A DNA stretch of 51,156 nucleotides. It comes from Dehalococcoidia bacterium. Lineage in GTDB: Bacteria; Chloroflexota; Dehalococcoidia; SZUA-161; SpSt-899. The stretch is taken from positions 1 to 51,156 of the forward strand of contig JALPYG010000001.1 in the NCBI GenBank assembly GCA_023271215.1. The letters are read 5' to 3'. Of this stretch, positions 7,524-15,000 are shown piece by piece. The notes beneath the pieces were generated by a model. The model made no database searches and was not told where the DNA came from. It saw only the letters and a program-made list of their open reading frames with translations. Numbering within the stretch: the first letter of the stretch is position 1; each line of letters opens with the position of its first letter. The position numbers and the translations under genes are program-made.

Positions 7524-7745
7524 ATGGCTTATGCTACTTTTGAGGATCTGAAGCGAGGGGTCATTGATAGATTCACCGCGAACACCACCGCTGAGAGGTT
7601 CAAGAGAGGGCTGAACCGGGTAGCTGCTCCAGGAATGGAGGCTTGTCCGGACACGGCCGAGCTCTATGACGAGCGGACGGACAGGGATGCGGCAGAGTTG
7701 CTGGTAGAACGCTGGTCAACCAGCCGGCTGTTCAGGAGGAGATAA
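7524..7745 (+). CDS. hypothetical small protein (first gene of the structural-looking block)
   Basis: TAAGGAGG SD 6 nt upstream of the ATG. Confidence 0.6.
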   Translation: MAYATFEDLKRGVIDRFTANTTAERFKRGLNRVAAPGMEACPDTAELYDERTDRDAAELLVERWSTSRLFRRR

Positions 7746-7850
7746 CGACTGATGCCTTGGTCTTCTCCTGCCATAGTGGCGGCTGTGGTTGAGGAGAAGC
7801 CAGCGGAATACCAAAAGGCTTTATAAAAGCCAGAATAAGGAGGTAAGCAA

Positions 7851-8078
7851 ATGTTTGGAGCGCAGCAGGTCCACGGCCCGACTCCCCAAGGCGGTTTCGG
7901 CTCAGCACAGGTTACCGGCCCCTCCCCGATGCAGATTGGGGGACCACCGGCCTACCTCCCGATGCAGGCCGTCCCCGTCGGATTCGACATGAACGCTATG
8001 ATGAACATGATCATGATGATCATGATGATGGGCATAATGGTGGGCATGATGAAGCCGATGCTGGAAGGGGTGAGATAG
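7851..8078 (+). CDS. small tail-anchored protein with Met-rich C-terminal helix
   Basis: AAGGAGG SD. C-terminus FDMNAMMNMIMMIMMMGIMVGMMKPMLEGVR. No N-terminal signal-like segment. Confidence 0.7.
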   Translation: MFGAQQVHGPTPQGGFGSAQVTGPSPMQIGGPPAYLPMQAVPVGFDMNAMMNMIMMIMMMGIMVGMMKPMLEGVR

Positions 8079-8113
8079 ACAATCTCAAATAAGAATTGAA
8101 GGAGGTTAGTTCA

Positions 8114-8308
8114 ATGTTCGGAACACAGCAAACAAGGGTTATGCCACAGCAACCCGGGTGGGGGTGGCCTACCGGAGCGATACATGTCCTTCCGGCGCAA
8201 GCCCCGGGCGGATTCGACATGAACGCTATGATGAACATGATCATGATGATCGTGATGATGGGCATAATGGTGGGCATGATGAAGCCGATGATGGAACGCG
8301 TAAAATAA
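8114..8308 (+). CDS. paralogue of 7851..8078 (Met-rich tail)
   Basis: GAAGGAGG precedes ATG 8114. The last ~84 nt are nearly identical to 7979-8062, while the N-terminal half is divergent. Confidence 0.7.
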   Translation: MFGTQQTRVMPQQPGWGWPTGAIHVLPAQAPGGFDMNAMMNMIMMIVMMGIMVGMMKPMMERVK

Positions 8309-8346
8309 AGCATGCCCCTGCGGAAGCAGGGGACGGAGGCGATTCA

Positions 8347-9021
8347 ATGAAGAATCAAAAGAATGACGGATTGCATGGACCACGGCCGACTGGACCAAGG
8401 CCATACGGTCCGCAGCAGGTTATTATTCAGCCGCCCAAGGGGTATGTCCCGCCGCTCCGGAATGAGCTTCAGCCAATCGGAGTGTATAGCATCGACACCG
8501 GCTTCTGGGTCGGCCTGCCAATCGAGGCCTTTACCGAGGCCTTAGTTGTCGCCGAGAGCAAACACGCTGTCGATCGAATTGACGAGCGCGACAAAGTAGA
8601 GGCGAAGATTACGACCGCATCGGAAGTCGGCACTAGGAGGACGGCCTCATTTGAGGTTAGGGATGGTGAGGTCGCCTTCCTCAACCGCATCGTGGTGACA
8701 AGCCCGGCTGAATCCGGCCCTGCCGTCGGGGACATCGTTAGGGTCAATTTCCGCATCTCGAGGTGGGAACATCCCGACGCCCGGATCGGAGAGACGGTAA
8801 ACGAGGATGGTCGCTCCTACTGGTCTGAGAGTAAGGGTACCTTGGCCGCAGACACTTACACTGTCGACCTGCCTGCTCAGGGCGAGCTTGGCGAGGAGCT
8901 GAGGCTGGTTGGCCCAGCCAGGGTTACCCTGGTAGCTGAGCTCGTCGGGGCCGTCGCCGGCGCCGACCTCACCGCTACCCTGACGCCATACGGTCGCAAG
9001 GCGAGACGTCTCGTCGAGTAA
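8347..9021 (+). CDS. hypothetical structural-type protein (225 aa)
   Basis: ATG 8347 follows GGACGGAGG. The longer 8158 start would run antisense-like through the Met-codon repeats of the previous gene. Confidence 0.55.
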   Translation: MKNQKNDGLHGPRPTGPRPYGPQQVIIQPPKGYVPPLRNELQPIGVYSIDTGFWVGLPIEAFTEALVVAESKHAVDRIDERDKVEAKITTASEVGTRRTASFEVRDGEVAFLNRIVVTSPAESGPAVGDIVRVNFRISRWEHPDARIGETVNEDGRSYWSESKGTLAADTYTVDLPAQGELGEELRLVGPARVTLVAELVGAVAGADLTATLTPYGRKARRLVE

Positions 9022-9316
9022 GCTGTCAAAAGCCGAATAAGGGGATTCTATGACCGGCGGTATGAGGAGGGAAGCTCTGACTTCTATCCTTGTAAGCAAT
9101 CCTCGTGTGGACGGCGTGGCTCTGAATGTCGACGGCGCGGTCACCCCCCCGGCCTGCGGCCGGGGGTAGGCCTGCCAGAGCGGCCATTGCCGGCAACACC
9201 TTCGTTGTGGTAGGCCCGGGACAACGGTGGCGGGAGGCTTCGAGCCTCTTTGGGGGCGATGAAGCTTGATATGAAATAGGTTAGAGTTTCATACAGGTGA
9301 ACTCTATTGCCTGCAA

Positions 9317-9353
9317 GGGGGCTAAAGCTGTCGTGGCTTTAAGCCCCCTTTAT
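9317..9353 (+). terminator. intrinsic terminator
   Basis: GGGGGCTAAAGC-tgtcgtg-GCTTTAAGCCCCC followed by TTTATGTTT. Confidence 0.55.
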
Positions 9354-9414
9354 GTTTATAGCTATCGGGCTGGATAGCTTGAAAGCATAGGAACTTTAAT
9401 GTGAGAGATAAGAG

Positions 9415-9909
9415 ATGCCGAACAGAATGCTGACGCCGGAGACCAAGGCTTATCTCTTGGGCTCATTTGCCAGTATCGACGACCTCAATTCCTTTATACC
9501 GCTTGAGGAGAGTATGCCTGAGCCAAGCCTCATGTTGATGGAGCTCGACTTTACCGAGCCTCCCTCAAGTGAAACCCTTGCCGGGCTCAATCAAGCACTC
9601 CTTGAGGCGGGTGTGGATCCCTGGCCGGGTTACGGCCAGATCGTCTTTGCCGATCCAGCAAGCGAGCAGGTAACCTTGGCCTGGACCAAGGGGACGGCAT
9701 GGATGCCGATCATCATCGGGATACTCGCCTTGACTGTCTTCCCGATATTGCTCGGCGGGCTCATCTGGCTGATCATCCCCGAGCCGGTAAAGCAGATGAT
9801 AAATATGGTAGTGATGTTACTGGTGATGATGCTGATGATGAGGATGCTAGCGCCGATGCTCGCCCCTGCCAAAGAGAAGCCCAAAGAAGTTGAGGGAGGG
9901 AGGAGATAA
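9415..9909 (+). CDS. membrane protein with two C-terminal helices, the second Met-rich
   Basis: C-terminal segments WMPIIIGILALTVFPILLGGLIWLII and VKQMINMVVMLLVMMLMMRMLAPMLAPAKEK. Confidence 0.65.
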   Translation: MPNRMLTPETKAYLLGSFASIDDLNSFIPLEESMPEPSLMLMELDFTEPPSSETLAGLNQALLEAGVDPWPGYGQIVFADPASEQVTLAWTKGTAWMPIIIGILALTVFPILLGGLIWLIIPEPVKQMINMVVMLLVMMLMMRMLAPMLAPAKEKPKEVEGGRR

Positions 9910-10106
9910 TGAATGGGTACCCACCGCAGCACTACTATTATTACCCGGCGGAATATCAGCCCCTGTTATTTTCGCAACTCATCGGATTTCTGGTCAATGC
10001 GGTTATAGTGATTGGGTTGGCCTCGACGGCGATCACCATGGTTAGAAAGGTGCTGGCGGGTGAAGAGGTGGAACCGCCTTTCCGATCGCCTTTCTGGGAG
10101 AAGTAA
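9909..10106 (+). CDS. small membrane protein
   Basis: Its ATG overlaps the upstream TAA by one base (TAATG). One central hydrophobic helix, LIGFLVNAVIVIGLASTAITMV. Confidence 0.5.
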   Translation: MNGYPPQHYYYYPAEYQPLLFSQLIGFLVNAVIVIGLASTAITMVRKVLAGEEVEPPFRSPFWEK

Positions 10107-10108
10107 GT

Positions 10109-10639
10109 ATGGCCGTAGATTTGGCAGGTGCCCTGGGTGACGTCTTCTGGGATTTACCTCCCTGGATCACTTATATGCCTGGTTCCGACATCGGCTGCGT
10201 TATCTTTGTGGCCAACCCGACCGATGTGGTAAGAGAATACGCCCTGATGTCTTATCTGTCATCGGAGGGGGCGGTAATCAGCGAGGAATCGGTCACCGTC
10301 TTCGGGCATTCATGGTTCAAGGTTGATCCGGGCGGTTTTGTCAGGCTGCACGGCGCATTTCGCTTTGAGAATACCAATGTCACGCTGACTCTCTCGCTCA
10401 TCGAAAGGGAAAGCGATGAGGAAACCGATGCGGTTTCCACCTTTCTGGCCCAGCCGGCTGCCCCTCTCTGGCCGCAATGGCCCGAGGGGCCGGGTGTTCA
10501 GGAACCTGGGATTTTGCCCGATGGGGGTTTCATGGAGCTCCTTATGATCATGATTACGATGGGAATGGTCTTCCGAATGGCAAGAACCCCAAAAGAGGAA
10601 GAGGAGCGAAAGTTGCTTCCGGCAGGGAGGGGTGAATAA
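10109..10639 (+). CDS. tail-anchored protein with Met-rich C-terminal helix
   Basis: C-terminus GFMELLMIMITMGMVFRMARTPKEEEERK. Confidence 0.65.
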   Translation: MAVDLAGALGDVFWDLPPWITYMPGSDIGCVIFVANPTDVVREYALMSYLSSEGAVISEESVTVFGHSWFKVDPGGFVRLHGAFRFENTNVTLTLSLIERESDEETDAVSTFLAQPAAPLWPQWPEGPGVQEPGILPDGGFMELLMIMITMGMVFRMARTPKEEEERKLLPAGRGE

Positions 10640-11577
10640 TGGGCGGTGGATTCTATATCGAAGGCCGCAGAGGGGGTCAGGACACTCAAGAGTTGACCAT
10701 TATCCGTAACAAGATTGCCGATCTCCACCATGAGGTTACTAATCTTCAGGCGTCCGTCAGCGCGATCGATACCCGGGTAGTTGCTATCGAGAGCATTTTA
10801 ACCAGTGTCCAGGGCGAAGTTACTCTTATTCAGGATAAGGTTACCGATCTTCAAACAGCTGTCAGTGCGGTTGATACCCGGGTAGTTACTATCGAGAGCA
10901 TTTTAACCAGTGTCCAGGGCGAAGTTACTCTTATTCAGGATAAGGTTACCGATCTTCAAACAGCCGTCAGTGCGGTTGATACCCGGGTAGTCACCCTTGA
11001 GAGCACTTTAGCCGGTATCCAGAGCGAAGTTACTCTTATCCACGGTATGGTTACCGATCTTCAAGCAGCCGTCAGCGCGGTTGATACTAAGATAAGTGCC
11101 ATTGAGAGTTCTCTGGCCGCTGTTACCAGCCATATTGATTTCTGGAGCACCCAAGTACCGAAGATTGTTATCACCAGCATAGCGGGTAATCCGGGTTTTC
11201 CCGGGATAAGTGTCTCTGGCTTGCCGTTAGGAGTGGGGATCGTTCGGGTAGTTGCCATGCTCAAGATAAGGGCACTTAAAAACACCTCCGGGATCGACAA
11301 TTTCCTCAAGCAGGATGCTGCCATAGCGGTGATGCTCGCTGGCGGGAGCTGGGGAGTCGACGACACGCCTGCCATAAACTTGGTCAGGGATCAGTGGCAT
11401 GTGATAGGAGGGGTTAAGGAAAGTGGTGATGTCATGATCGGGAATAACGATGTCAAAGGTGTGGTGAGTGGTGACGGTGTTTACCTGCTCCGTGGCAATA
11501 ACATGGCTGCCTCGGGGGATAATCTGGAGCTCTACGACGTGCAGACGGGGCTGCGGGTGTACTTCAGGAAGCCGTAA
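10639..11577 (+). CDS. coiled-coil fibre-like protein with 35-aa tandem repeats
   Basis: The start overlaps the upstream stop. Heptad-like repeats VTDLQTAVSAVDTRVVTIESILTSVQGEVTLIQDK are followed by a globular C-terminal domain. Confidence 0.7.
   Translation: MGGGFYIEGRRGGQDTQELTIIRNKIADLHHEVTNLQASVSAIDTRVVAIESILTSVQGEVTLIQDKVTDLQTAVSAVDTRVVTIESILTSVQGEVTLIQDKVTDLQTAVSAVDTRVVTLESTLAGIQSEVTLIHGMVTDLQAAVSAVDTKISAIESSLAAVTSHIDFWSTQVPKIVITSIAGNPGFPGISVSGLPLGVGIVRVVAMLKIRALKNTSGIDNFLKQDAAIAVMLAGGSWGVDDTPAINLVRDQWHVIGGVKESGDVMIGNNDVKGVVSGDGVYLLRGNNMAASGDNLELYDVQTGLRVYFRKP
10735..11110 (+). repeat. 105-bp in-frame tandem repeat, about 3.6 copies
   Basis: Units start at 10735, 10840, 10945 and 11050. 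Copies 2 and 3 are nearly identical over about 85 nt. Confidence 0.85.
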
Positions 11578-11601
11578 TAAACAGGAAAGGAGGAAGTTGT
11601 A

Positions 11602-11997
11602 ATGAGAGCGCTACTTATCGAAGTTGATTTTGAGACGGGGAAGAGAGCTGGGGGTATAGACCCCAGAGACCCCAATTTGCGCTGTCGTGGCTGGCAAAAT
11701 CTGGACAGCGAGCCAGGACTTGAAATCCGACTGGTCGAGGATGATAGGGACCTGTCCCAGTATGCCGGCGTGCCTGGAGTAACGGTTCTGGAAGGAAAGG
11801 ATGCAATCAATGCAGCAATCCAGGCAAACTTTCCTCCGGGATATAATGTCGTAGATAAAGAGCTGTTACTGGCACATTTGAAAGAGAGGGGTATTTCTCT
11901 TGATCTCTTTGCAGGGCAGAGCCTTGATGACAGGGCAGAAGAGCTGTTTCGGCAAGGGTTTGCGGGGATTGTGGAGGTAAAGCCACAGCTCTTATAA
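11602..11997 (+). CDS. hypothetical protein
   Basis: AAAGGAGG SD upstream of the ATG; soluble composition. Confidence 0.55.
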   Translation: MRALLIEVDFETGKRAGGIDPRDPNLRCRGWQNLDSEPGLEIRLVEDDRDLSQYAGVPGVTVLEGKDAINAAIQANFPPGYNVVDKELLLAHLKERGISLDLFAGQSLDDRAEELFRQGFAGIVEVKPQLL

Positions 11998-12053
11998 ATG
12001 CGGTTTATGGAGTGTCAATCTGGTAGTCAATAGATAGGTGGAGTTGTATAACT

Positions 12054-15000
12054 ATGTCTTTTGGTAGCGTCATCAGGTCTGCTGGTGCACCATACCCTCA
12101 CCATTCTGGTGTGGGTATAGGTGGTGATGCAAATAGAATCTGGCATATACAATACAATGCTCACATGCGTGTTTGCCGAGTCTATGAGCTTTCGACTGTC
12201 GATTTTTCGGTACTTCAGGCTGCTAACTATGACGGGCTTTGGGCTGTGGGAGGAATAGGCGGTGATGCCAGTAGGGTTTGGGCGGGTGCCTGGCGTCGTG
12301 GTAGTCGACATCTGCGTGTAATGGAGTTATCGGCTTCTACATTAGGGCATATAAGAGCGGCGTACGGGTGGAGGAACCTTTCCAGTCGGGGCATTGGTGG
12401 TGATGCAAATGTAATCTGGCACATATGGCAGAATATGGTCGGAGGCGGATTTTATCTGGCAGAACGTTCAGTCGATAATCTGTCAGTAATAAGATCAGTT
12501 GGCTGTCCATGGTGGACTGCTGTAGGGGGTAACACCAAGGTTATCTGGGCTGGCGCACTTCATGAGCTGTCAACAGTCGATTTTTCGACCATAAGAGCAG
12601 CTGGCTCTCCTGGGGGGTCTGGTGTGGGTGGTGATGAGAAGACAATCTGGTCCTGTTCAGGGAGTCAGGTCTTTGAGATCAATGCGGCAGTGCTCCTGGA
12701 GCCGATAGTTACTACCAATCCTGCTACAGAAATTAGAAGAACCAGCGCTAGGGCCCACGGAGAGATAACCGACGTAGGCGCTGAAATGGCCAATGAGCGG
12801 GGCTTTGAGTGGGGAACCACCCCTGGCTTGTACCCCAACAGTGTAACTGAGACGGGGACTTTTGGAGTAGGGCCCTACTCTTTGACCTTAACCGGGCTTC
12901 CCAGCATTGTCACAATCTATTATCGTGCCAAGGCGCGCAATCCCGTAGATTGGGGATACGGCGACGAACTGACCTTCTTTACCGTAGACCCACCTGCAGT
13001 CACTACTCGATCTATTGCAGACCTCACCCCAACCAGCGCTACCGGTAGAGGGTTCATAACCGACACAGGTGGAATAAACTGCGATGAACGGGGTTTCGAC
13101 TGGGGGATCTCTCCCGGCGTGTATATCAATACTGTAACCGAGGCCGGCTCTTTTGAAGCTGGTGCCTATTCTCTGAGCTTAATCGGGCTTCCCGTTGACA
13201 CCATAATCTATTATCGCGCCAGGGCACACAACCCTAGTGGATGGTCGTATGGTAATGAGGTGTCCTTCACCACCGGGTTGGTAGAAGTACCTACAGTGGA
13301 GACTCTCGAGGTCACGGACATTACTCACGTCAGCGCTGTTGCCAGTGGAAAAATACTCTCCACCGGTGGGGAGGATTGTGAGGAATATGGATTTGAGTGG
13401 GGTGTTTCACCTAACCTAACAGACAGCATGACCGGCATTGGAGCTTGGAAAGAACTGACGTTCAGTGAGGTCTTACGTGATCTTCTCCCGGGGACTACAT
13501 ATGTCTTCCGTGCCAAGGCCCGCAATTCTGCAGGATGGGGTTTTGGCCCTTTGCTATCGTTTACCACTATAGGCCGTCCTGCGGTTCTTACCCGGGCCGT
13601 CACAGGGATTACACCGACCAGTGCTAGAATCCACGCGTTTATAGCCGACACCGGAGGTCCTGGATGGCGTGTTCTCGAGCGGGGTTTTGAGTGGGGGTTT
13701 TCTCCTGGCGTATATATTGACAGTTTAACCGAGGAAGGGACTTTTGGAGCAGGTCGCTACTCTTTATCTTTAACTGGGCTTCCTAGTTTCGTTACGGTCT
13801 ACGTCCGTGCCAAGGTCCGTAATGTAGTTGGGTGGGCATATGGGGGTACGATACAGTTCATTACTGTGCACGTGCCAGTGTTGAGCACCTTACCGCCCAC
13901 ACAGGTTGGGCCAACCAGCGCTATAGCTCGGGGAAGGATAATTGATATAGGCTACGATTCCCCCACCGAGCGTGGTTTTGATTGGGGGACCGAGCCGGGT
14001 GCGCTGATTAACAGCGTGACCGAAACTGGGAGTTTTGGGGCAGGACCTTTCTCCTTGCCTTTGACGGGGCTACCTGAGGATTCTTGGATCTATTACCGAG
14101 CCAAGGCAAAGAACGCTGCGGGCTGGGGATATGGTGGCGTTGCCCCGCCGGAACCGGGAGAAGAGCCTCCTCCCGGTGAGGCAGGCGATGTGGAGAGCTT
14201 CCACACAGCAATTCTTCCTACAGTGGTTACTCATCCTGCCAGTGAGATTGCCGGAACTACTGCTATGGGTAATGGAGCAATAACTCACTCAGGCTTTGTT
14301 TACTGCACTGAATGGGGCTTTGAATGGGGGATTGAGCCAGAAGTGTATCCGAATAGTGTAACTGCAACAGGGGATTTTGAAGTAGGACTCTTCTCCAGAT
14401 TCCTAACCGGCCTCCCCGACGACACCACTATCTATTATCGAGCTAAGGCGCATAACAGTGCTGGGTGGGGTTACGGGTCTGAGGAGTTTTTTGTCACTGA
14501 GAAGATAGTACCTCCTGAAGTAAACACCTATGATGCTGTAGACATTAGAGCATTTACCGTCATCGGACGGGGAGAGATAACCCACTGGGGCTGGGAGACT
14601 TGCACCGAGAGAGGATTTGAATGGGGGACATCTCCCGGCGTGTATCCCAATATTGTGACTGACAGCGGTTCTTTTGAAGAAGGAGGTTATTCCAGGATCA
14701 TAACCGGGCTTCCCACGGACACTACAATCTATTACCGTGCTAGGGCCCGTAACAGCGCTGGGTTGGGTTACGGTATGGAGAGAACCTTCAAAACTCGCTT
14801 ACTGATTCTTCCCTCGGTTATGACCTACGACGCTACACATGTTACCGAAGTCGAGGCTATGGGTCAAGGATTTATCATTGATGACGGTGGAGAGGATTGT
14901 GTGGAGCGTGGTTTTGAATGGGGGGAATCTTCAGGCGTTTATCCTAACGACGTAACCCAGACAGGTGCTTTTAGAACAGGGCACTACTCTCTACTTTTAG

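Noticed and set aside
8158-8346. Upstream extension of the 8347..9021 gene (287-aa version)
   Set aside because: The extension reads through the previous gene's Met-codon repeat in another frame (Asp/His-rich). ATG 8347 has its own GGAGG.
8020-8404. His-rich minus-strand ORFs (8020..8313, 8111..8404)
   Set aside because: They are the antisense reading of the ATG/ATC-rich Met-tail codons (CAT repeats). They overlap two well-supported plus-strand genes.
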